A program made the position numbers and the translations under genes. Source: Candidatus Hinthialibacteria bacterium OLB16 (GTDB lineage Bacteria > Hinthialibacterota > Hinthialibacteria > OLB16). Taken from it: DNA of 64,000 nucleotides. The stretch covers positions 46 to 64,045 of the forward strand of contig LMZT01000169.1 in assembly GCA_001567115.1 (NCBI GenBank), given 5' to 3'. Positions 29,937-39,423 of this stretch are shown one piece after another. Below the pieces are notes generated by a model. The model had not been told where the DNA came from, did not search any database, and saw only the letters and a program-made list of their open reading frames with translations. Each line of letters opens with the position of its first letter. Within the stretch, counting starts at the first letter, position 1.

Positions 29937-30878
29937 TTACTGATGTGATGTGCCCCGTCGCAGGATCCGCCTGTATCGATACACTCCCCGAAAGAGCAGG
30001 GCAGACAGGCTCTCACCCAGATAAAACTGGCGGCGAACCCTCCAGGAAGCCCCCGGCAGCCAGCTCTGTTCATCCACAGGGTCTCTTTCGATGAGCGCTC
30101 CGGTCTCGACCTCAGCCGCGACCGATTCAATTCCCGAAGCTTGTGCAGATTGAATGGTGGTCCCTTCAACAACCCGGGAGCCACCGGCGAACTGGCAATG
30201 AATTTTCTTTCCGATATAGGGCAGGGTAATCTGTGAGGGTCCGCTGCAGTTGGAAAAAATGACCGGTGCCCCAACAAACTTCGAGATCTTCTCCGGCAGG
30301 AGTCTGACACAATTTCTATGGTAATCCCGGAAGGTTTTTCCACCGACCGGGAGCGAAGATTTCTCGAAATCCGGCCATGCAGCTGAAATCGCGACCAGAT
30401 CCGGTTTCTGTTTATGGTAAAACTCCCAGAGGGCTGGAAAGACCATATCCGCGCAGATGCCCACAGCAATCCGTCCGATGACTGTTTCAATCACACAGGG
30501 CAGCACCCCTCGATTCCAGCTGGCATTTTCAACAGTGGAAACATGAATCTTTCGATATTTGCCGCAATATCCCCGTGGATCGGTGACGACAGAAACATTA
30601 TAAATATGGCATCCGGCCGCCTCAGCCATTCCAGCGATAAGCACCATACTGTACTTTTTCGACTGCTGTTCGAGCCAGGAACTCAATGGACCGGGGATCG
30701 GTTCACCTTGCGGGAAATCCGGCCCGACATCGTAACCAGACATCCCCATCTCTGGCAGAACCGCCAGTTTGACTTCCTGCGATGCGAGGCAGGATATTTG
30801 CGACTCTATGGCAGCCAGCCGGTCCGGCAGACTCTGGGGGTTACCGGGAAGCTGGATTGCGGCTACTTTAATTTTCAT
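29937..30878 (-). CDS. Carbon-nitrogen hydrolase family protein (nitrilase/amidase superfamily)
   Basis: MKIKVAAIQL start; catalytic E (LAVLPEMG), K (YRKIH) and C (GICADMVFP) triad. Confidence 0.75.
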   Translation of the reverse strand: MKIKVAAIQLPGNPQSLPDRLAAIESQISCLASQEVKLAVLPEMGMSGYDVGPDFPQGEPIPGPLSSWLEQQSKKYSMVLIAGMAEAAGCHIYNVSVVTDPRGYCGKYRKIHVSTVENASWNRGVLPCVIETVIGRIAVGICADMVFPALWEFYHKQKPDLVAISAAWPDFEKSSLPVGGKTFRDYHRNCVRLLPEKISKFVGAPVIFSNCSGPSQITLPYIGKKIHCQFAGGSRVVEGTTIQSAQASGIESVAAEVETGALIERDPVDEQSWLPGASWRVRRQFYLGESLSALLFRGVYRYRRILRRGTSHQ

Positions 30879-30968
30879 GGCGAAAGTCGCCCGAGCATCC
30901 AGTGAAAGGCCAGGGTTTTTCAAGCGCTCCTTTCACCCAATTTACCTCAGAAATATTGAGTAATAAAT

Positions 30969-31700
30969 GTGAATCACAATTCCGCATCGATTGATACAGA
31001 GCAAAACCCACTTGTCCGTCTGACCCATGTTCGCAGAACCTACACCGCCGGAGAAATGGATATTGAAGTTCTGCGGGATGTGAATCTTACTGTGGCCCAG
31101 GGCGAATCGATCGCCATTCGTGGCGTTTCCGGTTCGGGGAAATCCACCCTGCTGAATATTATGGGGGGAATTGACTGTGCAACCTCCGGGCAGGTGGAGG
31201 TATGTGGATGGACATTGAATGGATTATCATCGAAAGAATTCACCCGTTTTCGCCGGGAAAAGGTTGGCTTCATTTTTCAGTTTTATAATCTGCTTCCCAC
31301 CCTTTCAGCCCTTGAAAATGTCATGGTCGGCCCTGAATCAGCCGGATTTCCCCAATCGAAAGCCCGTGCCAGAGCGGAAGAATACCTTGAGGCGGTGGGC
31401 CTCGCCGATAAAGCCTGGAAATTTCCCGAGCAGCTTTCCGGAGGTGAGCAGCAAAGAATTGCGATTGCGCGCGCTCTTGCGAAAGAACCGCCCCTCATTC
31501 TGGCGGATGAGCCTACTGGCAGCCTGGATGAGGATACCGCCGCCATGGTGCTGCAGCTCCTCGACCGCCTCAAACTGGAGCACCGCCTGACCTTTATCGT
31601 TGTAACACACAACCCGGCCCTTTCCGATCACACCGATCGCAGCCTCTTTCTGCACAACGGGTCCCTGTCCGAGCTCACACCGAATCGGATCGCCCACTGA
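30969..31700 (+). CDS. ABC transporter ATP-binding protein (MacB/LolD-like)
   Basis: Walker A GVSGSGKST, signature LSGGEQQRIAIARAL, Walker B ILADEPTGSLD. Confidence 0.85.
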   Translation: MNHNSASIDTEQNPLVRLTHVRRTYTAGEMDIEVLRDVNLTVAQGESIAIRGVSGSGKSTLLNIMGGIDCATSGQVEVCGWTLNGLSSKEFTRFRREKVGFIFQFYNLLPTLSALENVMVGPESAGFPQSKARARAEEYLEAVGLADKAWKFPEQLSGGEQQRIAIARALAKEPPLILADEPTGSLDEDTAAMVLQLLDRLKLEHRLTFIVVTHNPALSDHTDRSLFLHNGSLSELTPNRIAH

Positions 31701-31701
31701 C

Positions 31702-34059
31702 ATGAAGCTTCTGGTGACCCATGTAGTGCGTGCCGGCTGGCGCATTCGATACCGCCTTGCAGCGGTGGCACTGGTGGTTGCGGCTGGATTCGGAATCTAT
31801 GCGGGTGTCTATTCAGCCATCGATCTCCTGTTCGATCGTCGAAACCAGGAGTTTGAGGAAGGGCATGTGGCGGACCTTGAAGTCCGTTTTGCTCCGGAAG
31901 ATTCCCAGCGAATCCCAGATCTCGGCAGCCTGCCAGGCATCGCTGAATCTGAAAGCCGGCTGGTCTTCCCCGGCCAGATGATGCTGGCGGATCAACCACC
32001 GCTGCTGACTTTGATGGTCACGATCGACCCGGTCAATGGAGGCCATATCAACCGGCTGAAGATCCTGGAAGGCGAGGGGATCTCCCGGGACAAACCGGAC
32101 CATGTCGTCATTGATCGCAACATGGCCGCTTTCCATCATCTCAAGCCAGGGGATTCCATCGAACTGGTTATGGCCGATGAGTCCTACCACCTGAAGGTAT
32201 GCGGGATCGGCCTCTCGCCGGAGTTCCTTCTTGCACCCGCCAACCCGCGAGTTTTCATTCCCTCCAAAGGCTCCCTGGGGGTGGTGTATGGGCTTCCCCA
32301 GTTGATTCAGGAACGGGTTGGGCTGCCGATGGTCAACAGCCTGCTGATCCGGCTTAAGCCCGGAGAATCTGTCGAAAAGTGGACCGATGAAATCCTCTCG
32401 AAGCTCGAAGGGCAGCTCCTGCTCGATCAGGTGATTCCCAGCACTGAGCAGTTCGGGAGCCGTTTCCTCGAATTAAGCCTGAATGCATTCCGTGTCTGCC
32501 TCCCGGCGCTGGTGATTGTTTTTGACCTGACTGCCTTTCTGGTGACATTCTTTTTGCTCTTTCAATGGATTGTTCAGGAACGCCGTGAGATCGGCAACCT
32601 GATGGCTTTCGGCTACGACCGTGGGGTGATTGGCCTGGCCTATCTGATTCCGGTGGCGATCCTGGGGATCATCGGCAGTGTGGTGGGCCTGGCGGTTGCG
32701 CTGGCAGCCTCCTGCCTTTTTTCAACCAATTATGCCGATTCCATCGGTTTTCCTCATCCGGAGCTGGCACTCATTCCACACCATATCCTGGTGGGTGTGG
32801 GCGGGGTTGGGGTCATTCTTCTGGCAGCGGTCTCCTGGCCGTTGATCTGGTTATTGCGTCTGACTCCTCTCGAGGCGGTTCGTGAGTCGATGGGGCAGGG
32901 AACTGACCGGCTGGGGATCCTGAAACAGATTCTGGCCTGGCTTCCAGGGCGCATCTGGCTGCGATATGCCATGCGAAATCTGGCGAGAAGAAAATCGATC
33001 TCGGCCATGACCATCCTCTCGGTTGCAGCGGGGTTGGGAGTCACGATCTCCTTCTTCATCAATCTGACTTCGAATGCCGGGACAGCGGTCAACATGATTC
33101 GGAATGATCCCTGGAGTGCCATCCTCGAGTTATTCGCCCCGGTGCCGATTGAAGATGCCCGTGAATTCGAGGCAGTCGATGGAGTTGAGAAGGCTGTTCC
33201 ATTCACCAAACTTTCAGCCCGGCTTGCTGGCCCTTTATCAAAGGAGAACATTGCAATTGGTGGAATTCCTCCGGAATCCGGAATCCGTCAACCGGAAATT
33301 CTGGCTGGCCGGGGCCTGCAGGCGGGGGATCAGGAGGCCCTGGTCCTCGAGAGGAACCTGGCGGAAAAATGTGGTGTACAGATCGGGCAGAAAGTCACGA
33401 TCGATTCCTTCGGAAAGAAAAAAGAAGCAACTGTGGTGGGTTTTCTCTCCGGTGCCCTTCCGGGTGAAGCTTATGTCCCTCTTTCCTGGGCACAGGATAT
33501 CCAGGAGTCCGGGGACCTCTGTTCCGGTTTCTTTCTGATATTCAAGGGAGACCCTGAGCAGACCCGAAAGTCGCTCTTCGAGAAAGGGAATATTGCCCAG
33601 ATTACACTGAAAACAGAGATCGTGGCTAAAATTCTGGAAACCACAGGTGAGAAGGTCGGCATCATCCGCCTCGGAGCGATATTCAGTGTGGTGATTACCC
33701 TCCTGTTTATTTTCTGCAGTGTGTCTTTCACAATCCTTCAGAGGAAGCAGGAATATGTCATGCTGCGGGTGCTCGGGATGAGCGATGGCTCCATTGTCTC
33801 GACCATCATTGCGGAAGTCCTGTTCCTTGGATTGATCGCTGTTTTGCTGGCGATTCCTGTCGGCTACCAGACAGCTCACTTCCTGAACAGCCGTGTCTCG
33901 GAAGCCTGGTTCAATGTGACCCTGGTTGCCGAGATCGGTGATTTTCTGAAAACCCTGATTCCCGGGCTGCTGTTGATGCCGATTGCCGCTCTCGGGGCAA
34001 TCCGGCAGATTTTGCGTGAACCCCTGGACCGAAGCCTGAGAGAACGGCAGTGTGGTTGA
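31702..34059 (+). CDS. ABC transporter permease, FtsX-like, with two FtsX domains and large extracytoplasmic loops
   Basis: 785 aa; two 4-TM FtsX-type bundles; start overlaps the ATPase stop. Confidence 0.75.
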   Translation: MKLLVTHVVRAGWRIRYRLAAVALVVAAGFGIYAGVYSAIDLLFDRRNQEFEEGHVADLEVRFAPEDSQRIPDLGSLPGIAESESRLVFPGQMMLADQPPLLTLMVTIDPVNGGHINRLKILEGEGISRDKPDHVVIDRNMAAFHHLKPGDSIELVMADESYHLKVCGIGLSPEFLLAPANPRVFIPSKGSLGVVYGLPQLIQERVGLPMVNSLLIRLKPGESVEKWTDEILSKLEGQLLLDQVIPSTEQFGSRFLELSLNAFRVCLPALVIVFDLTAFLVTFFLLFQWIVQERREIGNLMAFGYDRGVIGLAYLIPVAILGIIGSVVGLAVALAASCLFSTNYADSIGFPHPELALIPHHILVGVGGVGVILLAAVSWPLIWLLRLTPLEAVRESMGQGTDRLGILKQILAWLPGRIWLRYAMRNLARRKSISAMTILSVAAGLGVTISFFINLTSNAGTAVNMIRNDPWSAILELFAPVPIEDAREFEAVDGVEKAVPFTKLSARLAGPLSKENIAIGGIPPESGIRQPEILAGRGLQAGDQEALVLERNLAEKCGVQIGQKVTIDSFGKKKEATVVGFLSGALPGEAYVPLSWAQDIQESGDLCSGFFLIFKGDPEQTRKSLFEKGNIAQITLKTEIVAKILETTGEKVGIIRLGAIFSVVITLLFIFCSVSFTILQRKQEYVMLRVLGMSDGSIVSTIIAEVLFLGLIAVLLAIPVGYQTAHFLNSRVSEAWFNVTLVAEIGDFLKTLIPGLLLMPIAALGAIRQILREPLDRSLRERQCG

Positions 34060-34144
34060 TACGAAGGCCAATCGAAAGAAGAATCCTCTCCATCCGACTG
34101 GGATGGTTTGGCAGCCTGGCACAGGATGCCCGGATTGAACCGGG

Positions 34145-35152
34145 TCAGTTACAACGGGCGTATCTCCTCATTTCATGGAGGTTTTCATGGGGAGTGTCTC
34201 TCGGAACTTCACAACCTGCAGAGACAACATAATTTGGACCGCTTTCCTTGTGGCACCTTTCTGTTTCTCTGAGGACAAAATCCGGGGTTCCATTTCTCAG
34301 GACTGAGACCGGATCGATGTTTCCGAGCAAAACCTGCCCGGGACCCATTCTGTCCCGCGCTTCGCTTACCGGGTTGAGATAATCGAGATCGACTATTTCA
34401 CATCCCAGCTGGCCGATTCCTTCGGACAGGTGGCGTGTGTTTCCGCAGATATGCAGGCGAACCCTTCCACCCATGGCATGGATGCCATCCACAAGTTTCT
34501 TCTCATACGGCCAGATCAGGTCCTGATAGAATTTCTTTCCTACCAGGGATGCAGCTGCATCTCCCATGCCGATGATATCCGCCCCGGCTTCGATCTGCGC
34601 CTTTGCGAAACACAACTCCATTTCGAGGATGAATTCAAACAGGTCGCGGACAAATCCAGGATCATCATAGAAATCCAGCAGGATCGTGTTGATTCCACGC
34701 AAATCCGCAGCTTCCGCGCATGGCCCTTCCACCCAGCCTTCAACCAGCTTGTCATTTTTGACCTTGTCTTTGAGCAGGGCCACTCCTTCGACACGGTCCT
34801 GCATCCGCCCGCCTCCCAGCGGATCTGGAACCTTCAATCGGGCAAGCGATTTTTTGTCATGCAGGAGGGCATGGGATTCATCGATGGCGGGGGGTTGATC
34901 TTCAAAGTAAACAACTCTCGCACCGCAATCCGAGGCTTCCCGTGCCGGATCGGATATGGTCGAAACATGGTCGATATCGAATGTTTCGGCCACATGCAGC
35001 TGGCATCTCGCCAGGACACGATGGTCCCGGGCATAATCCCCATATTTCTCACCGGTGAGGCCTGCCGCGAACATCATTGTAATCGGCATGAAAGGCAGGG
35101 AATCGGTTGGCTTTCCTTCAATCGTGTTCAGAACTCTCTCCAGACCATTCAT
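34145..35152 (-). CDS. Uroporphyrinogen decarboxylase (URO-D) family protein (MtaA/CmuA-like methyltransferase fold)
   Basis: Start MNGLERVLNTIEGKPTDSLPFMP preceded by a GAGGAGG RBS; URO-D fold conserved regions. Confidence 0.65.
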   Translation of the reverse strand: MNGLERVLNTIEGKPTDSLPFMPITMMFAAGLTGEKYGDYARDHRVLARCQLHVAETFDIDHVSTISDPAREASDCGARVVYFEDQPPAIDESHALLHDKKSLARLKVPDPLGGGRMQDRVEGVALLKDKVKNDKLVEGWVEGPCAEAADLRGINTILLDFYDDPGFVRDLFEFILEMELCFAKAQIEAGADIIGMGDAAASLVGKKFYQDLIWPYEKKLVDGIHAMGGRVRLHICGNTRHLSEGIGQLGCEIVDLDYLNPVSEARDRMGPGQVLLGNIDPVSVLRNGTPDFVLRETERCHKESGPNYVVSAGCEVPRDTPHENLHEMRRYARCN

Positions 35153-35381
35153 GTTCGAATCCTCCTCGCTTCGGGAATGCCTCGATCTTACATCTTTACC
35201 CAGCTGGATAGCAGGTGCCCCGCCTGTTTTTTCCCGGGTCCGAGGCCTCCCCTTCGAAAGGTATTGATACCTCTCCAGACCCATACAACTTGCAACTGGC
35301 GGTATCAAGAGATAAATTACAACCATCTTGTCCGAAAAAGAAATGAACACATCGACCGGGTGAAATCAGGCTTTGAATTGA

Positions 35382-36779
35382 ATGATGCTGCGCCGTATAT
35401 CTGGTTTTTTGGTACTCCTTCTAGCCTTTTCACTCCTGGTGGCCTGGCGCTGTATTTCTCCGCGGATGGCCACTTCGCCACGGCTACCGATTCCAGCCAA
35501 CCACCCCTCTGCACAAACAAGCGGTGCTTCGGAGGGAAACCCGGGATCACTCAGTGTGGGGACAGGCAAACCCGGGCCTGAAACTGGTGTGTGGCCCTGT
35601 TTTCGAGGTCCAGCTCGCAATGGGATTGTCACCTCTCCACGAATTACAGCCTGGCCGGAAAAAGGTTTGCAGCCTCTCTGGAAAATCAAGGCAGGGGAAG
35701 GCCATGCGGGTGTGGCCATTGATTCCGGACGGGTGTTCCTTCTCGACTATGATGAGAGCCGGAAAGAGGATGCCATTCGCTGCCTGTCATTCACCACAGG
35801 AGAAGAGATCTGGCGCTATTCCTATTCGGTTAAAATCAAGCGGAACCATGGCATGTCGAGAACAGTTCCCGCTGTCGCCGGGGATTATGTGGTCACACTC
35901 GGCCCCAAGTGCCATTTATGCTGCCTGCAGGCTGCAAGCGGCGAACTGGTCTTCAAAAAGGATCTGGTGAAGGAATACGGCACCCGCATCCCGGAGTGGT
36001 ATGCCGGCCAATGCCCCTTGATCGATGATGGCCGTCTGATCCTTGCGCCGGGAGGCTCCTGCCTGATGACCGCAATCGAACTGGCTACTGGAAACACCCT
36101 CTGGCAGACCCCGAACCCGGAGGGCTGGCAGATGAGCCACTCCTCGATCCTGGCAATCGATTTCGAAGGGGAACGGATGTACATCTGGTGCTCATCCGAT
36201 GGAGCGGTCGGAATCCGAGCGGCGGATGGGGCACTGCTGTGGTCACTGCCCGAATGGAAAATCAAAATCGCTACCATCCCCACCCCCATCGAGATCGGTC
36301 CGGGAAAAATCCTGTTCACAGGCGGATATAATGCCGGAGCGGCAGCCTATCAGCTCGAACACCATGAAGGTGGAATTCGCCCAGCCGAGGTCTTTCGTTG
36401 CGATGCAAAAACCTATGGATCCGACCAGCAGACTCCGGTTTTCCATAATGGCCTTGTTTTCGCTGTGATTCCGGGCGGGAAACCAGCCTGTCTGACTCCT
36501 GATGGGAAAAGACAGTGGATTGAGGAGGATTACAACTTCGGTTTAGGCCCGTATCTGCTTTTCGATGACAAGATGCTGATCCTCGATGATGATCACAACA
36601 AGCCTGGGGAGTTGACCCTTTTCCAGATCGAGCCTGCAGGGTTGAAGCGTCTTGCCGGTGCAAAAGTCATCGAAGGTCATGATGCCTGGGCGCCGATGGC
36701 CTATGCCGATGGGCGGATCATTCTCCGGGATGCCACCACACTGGTGTGCCTGGATGTGTCAGGAAGTGGGGCTCCATGA
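35382..36779 (+). CDS. PQQ-like beta-propeller repeat protein (BamB/YVTN-type), signal-anchored
   Basis: N-terminal hydrophobic segment, repeated W-x-Y/F-x-G beta-propeller blades (LWKIKAGEGHAGVAIDSGRVFL, LWQTPNP..., LLWSLPEW...). Confidence 0.65.
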   Translation: MMLRRISGFLVLLLAFSLLVAWRCISPRMATSPRLPIPANHPSAQTSGASEGNPGSLSVGTGKPGPETGVWPCFRGPARNGIVTSPRITAWPEKGLQPLWKIKAGEGHAGVAIDSGRVFLLDYDESRKEDAIRCLSFTTGEEIWRYSYSVKIKRNHGMSRTVPAVAGDYVVTLGPKCHLCCLQAASGELVFKKDLVKEYGTRIPEWYAGQCPLIDDGRLILAPGGSCLMTAIELATGNTLWQTPNPEGWQMSHSSILAIDFEGERMYIWCSSDGAVGIRAADGALLWSLPEWKIKIATIPTPIEIGPGKILFTGGYNAGAAAYQLEHHEGGIRPAEVFRCDAKTYGSDQQTPVFHNGLVFAVIPGGKPACLTPDGKRQWIEEDYNFGLGPYLLFDDKMLILDDDHNKPGELTLFQIEPAGLKRLAGAKVIEGHDAWAPMAYADGRIILRDATTLVCLDVSGSGAP

Positions 36780-37708
36780 AAAACCTGACTGCCTTCCTCA
36801 AAACCTTCTGTGGGCCGGTTCTGCTGATTCTGGCTGGCATGGCATTTGGCTACTTTGCCACCCTCAAAGCCTATCCGCCTTCCCCCCATTCCGAGGGCAA
36901 ACCAGCGGCCTCAGTCCAGCTCAAATGCATCACCATCAGCCCGGATGACCGTATTTATGTGGGAGGATCCTTTGGGATTGCTGAGGTGAATACGGACCTG
37001 CAATTGAAATCACTCTTTGAACTCCCGGAAGTGGCCCAGGCTCTGGCGGCTGACACGGAGGGGAATTTTTACATTGGTTACCCGGCTGCAATTGAGAAAA
37101 GGGACTCGAAAGGGGACCTGCTGCTGCGCTGGGGGCGAGGGGGATGCGGTGGGGATGCATTCAGTTATGTTACTGGCATTGCAGTCGATGCCTCCAATGT
37201 CTTCGTCGCCGATGCCGGGCTCCGGACTGTTTTCCGGTTTTCAACCGATGGCATTCCCCTGAATGAAATATCCGGAAAGACAACAGGAGCCACAGGCACC
37301 GGTTTCTTCGTTCCAACCCCCTATTTCGATTGTGCTGTCAAAGATCAGTCCCTGTATGTCACTAATCCTGGCTGCCTGAGGGTCGAGCGCTATACCTATA
37401 AGGGGGATCTGCTCGGCTACTGGGAGCAGTCATTCGATGATCCGGACCATTTTCCCGGCTGCAGCAATCCGACACACCTGGCCATTTTCCCTGACCTGCA
37501 TGTTGCCGCTTCTCAAAAAGGGAAAGCCTATGTCCGGATTTACACAAGCGAGGGCAAGCCGGTTCTCGATCTCGGGCGGGATATTTTTCCTGAAAGCACA
37601 CGAGGCCTTGATGCAGCGGTAGACAGCAAAGGCCTGCTGTATGTAGTCGATCCACATGCACTTTGTGTCCGTAAGTTCGATATCTCAGCTGCGGCGGGAA
37701 AATCATGA
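36776..37708 (+). CDS. NHL-repeat beta-propeller protein with N-terminal TM anchor
   Basis: ATGA overlap with the upstream gene; TM helix FCGPVLLILAGMAFGYF; NHL-like blades (FYIGYPAAIEKRDSKGDLLLRWG, VTGIAVDASNVFVADAG, LLYVVDPHALCVRKFD). Confidence 0.6.
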   Translation: MKNLTAFLKTFCGPVLLILAGMAFGYFATLKAYPPSPHSEGKPAASVQLKCITISPDDRIYVGGSFGIAEVNTDLQLKSLFELPEVAQALAADTEGNFYIGYPAAIEKRDSKGDLLLRWGRGGCGGDAFSYVTGIAVDASNVFVADAGLRTVFRFSTDGIPLNEISGKTTGATGTGFFVPTPYFDCAVKDQSLYVTNPGCLRVERYTYKGDLLGYWEQSFDDPDHFPGCSNPTHLAIFPDLHVAASQKGKAYVRIYTSEGKPVLDLGRDIFPESTRGLDAAVDSKGLLYVVDPHALCVRKFDISAAAGKS

Positions 37709-37744
37709 ACCGAACCGAGCCGCACATCATCCTGATGGGAGGAG

Positions 37745-38317
37745 ATGAAGATGAGTAAACCAGATCCAGCCGAGGGCCGAAGATCCTTTCTTGAAAAAAT
37801 GACCAAAGGAGTCAGCTTCTTTGCCTTGGGAGGAGTGACCGGCAAGCTGCTTTCCAATGCCCTGCGTGAAGAAATGGTCTGGCAGATCGATCCACTGAAA
37901 TGTATTCAGTGTGGCAATTGTGCGACTGCCTGTGTCCTGACCCCCTCCGCAAGCAAATGTTACCATGATTTTTCGATGTGTGGTTACTGCCGGGTCTGTA
38001 CCGGATTCTTTCCAACCGATCCGACCACACTGGATGAAGGTGCGGAGAATCAGCTCTGCCCGGTCGGAGCGATCCAGAGGAAATTCGTCGAAGAGCCTTA
38101 TTATGAATATGAGATCGATCGAACACTCTGCATCGGGTGCGCACGCTGCGCCAAAGGGTGCACATCCTATGGGAATGGCTCCCTGTATATGCAGATCGAT
38201 CGCACCCTGTGTGTGAACTGTAACCAGTGCGCCATAGCGCTGGTTTGTGAAGGCAAAGCATTTTCAAGAGTGCCTGTGGAGCAACAGTATGTCCTGAAAG
38301 GCTCCAGAATGTCATGA
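37745..38317 (+). CDS. Tat-exported ferredoxin-type protein with four [4Fe-4S] motifs (NapG/MauM-like)
   Basis: Twin-arginine motif GRRSFLEK then a hydrophobic region; four CxxCxxCxxxC(P) clusters (CIQCGNCATAC, CGYCRVCTGF, CIGCARCAKGC, CVNCNQCAIALVC). Confidence 0.8.
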   Translation: MKMSKPDPAEGRRSFLEKMTKGVSFFALGGVTGKLLSNALREEMVWQIDPLKCIQCGNCATACVLTPSASKCYHDFSMCGYCRVCTGFFPTDPTTLDEGAENQLCPVGAIQRKFVEEPYYEYEIDRTLCIGCARCAKGCTSYGNGSLYMQIDRTLCVNCNQCAIALVCEGKAFSRVPVEQQYVLKGSRMS

Positions 38318-39423
38318 AGGGCTTTGGGGTCGCATGTTGCCTGCTGCTGGCGGCCATTCCAGGCGGGTATGCCGAACGCAGGTTCCCACCTCCGGACTTT
38401 GAAACCGGCTACACCCAGCCACCGGTTGTTTTCCAGGAGGTTCGGACCCCTGTATCGCAATATGTTGACCTCACTCTGCTGGTCGTCTGTCTGGCCATTG
38501 GAACCTGGCTGCTGCATTACCGTCGGAGCCGGCGTGGAATTTTTCTCCTGGGGCTGTTTGCAGTCCTCTACTTCGGTTTTTATAAAAATGGCTGCATCTG
38601 CCCGATCGGGTCGATTCAGAATGTGACACTCGCACTGCTGGATCCCCATTACCCCATCTCTCTTGCTGTCATCGGGATATTCATTGCGCCTCTTTTGTTC
38701 TCTCTCTTTTATGGAAGGGTATTTTGTGGAGGAGTTTGCCCGCTGGGGGCAATCCAGGATCTTTTTCTGTTCCGGACCCTGAGGGTTCCACGGTGGCTCG
38801 AGGGAAGCCTGGGGCTGTGCCGTTATTTTTACCTCGGCATTGCCATCTATACAGTGGCAGAGTATTCGCGCTTTGTGATCTGCGAATACGATCCCTTTGT
38901 GGGCTTTTTCCGTATGAGCGGACTCCCCTGGAAATTAGGCCTGGGTGCGGCGCTGCTGGGAATCGGGCTGTTTATCCCACGCCCCTATTGCCGCTACCTG
39001 TGCCCTTATGGCGGCTTGTTATCACTGCTGGCGCGCAGGTCATCCACCTGGGTGAGAATCACCCCCACAGACTGCACAAACTGCACATTGTGTGATGCGG
39101 CCTGCCCTTATGAGGCCATTCTCCGCCCGGAAGAACCGATTCGCCCTGAAGGAAGCTGGCGCTTCAAAATTATTCTGGCCAGCCTGGGGGTGATGGCGCT
39201 GTTTATTGCATCTGGATTCTATCTTTTCGGAACCGCCCTGAGTGGAATCCTCCTCAGTACCTGGTTTGGTGTCGTTATCGCTTCAAAAATGATGACCCAG
39301 GCCTTTTCGAACCGCCGCAACCACTTTGAGACCGATCACGCGGCCTGTTTATCCTGTGGCCGCTGTTACGAATACTGCCCTTATGGAAAGACAATGCAGG
39401 AGATCGATGCACATGCTGGATAA
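38314..39423 (+). CDS. Integral-membrane iron-sulfur protein, NapH/MauN/CcoG-like
   Basis: 4 TM helices with two CxxxCP motifs (FCGGVCPLG, YCRYLCPYGG) and two C-terminal ferredoxin motifs (CTNCTLCDAACPYE, CLSCGRCYEYCPYG); ATGA overlap with the upstream gene. Confidence 0.8.
   Translation: MKGFGVACCLLLAAIPGGYAERRFPPPDFETGYTQPPVVFQEVRTPVSQYVDLTLLVVCLAIGTWLLHYRRSRRGIFLLGLFAVLYFGFYKNGCICPIGSIQNVTLALLDPHYPISLAVIGIFIAPLLFSLFYGRVFCGGVCPLGAIQDLFLFRTLRVPRWLEGSLGLCRYFYLGIAIYTVAEYSRFVICEYDPFVGFFRMSGLPWKLGLGAALLGIGLFIPRPYCRYLCPYGGLLSLLARRSSTWVRITPTDCTNCTLCDAACPYEAILRPEEPIRPEGSWRFKIILASLGVMALFIASGFYLFGTALSGILLSTWFGVVIASKMMTQAFSNRRNHFETDHAACLSCGRCYEYCPYGKTMQEIDAHAG

Noticed and set aside
35153-35381. Sigma-54 promoter upstream of the redox operon
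   Set aside because: The best candidate (tggatagcaggtgc) has GG-GC spacing off by one from TGGCAC-N5-TTGC. A weak sigma70-like TTGCAA-N17/18-TAAATT at about 35291-35320 is equally plausible. The nearby sigma54 activator is convergent, not divergent, to this operon
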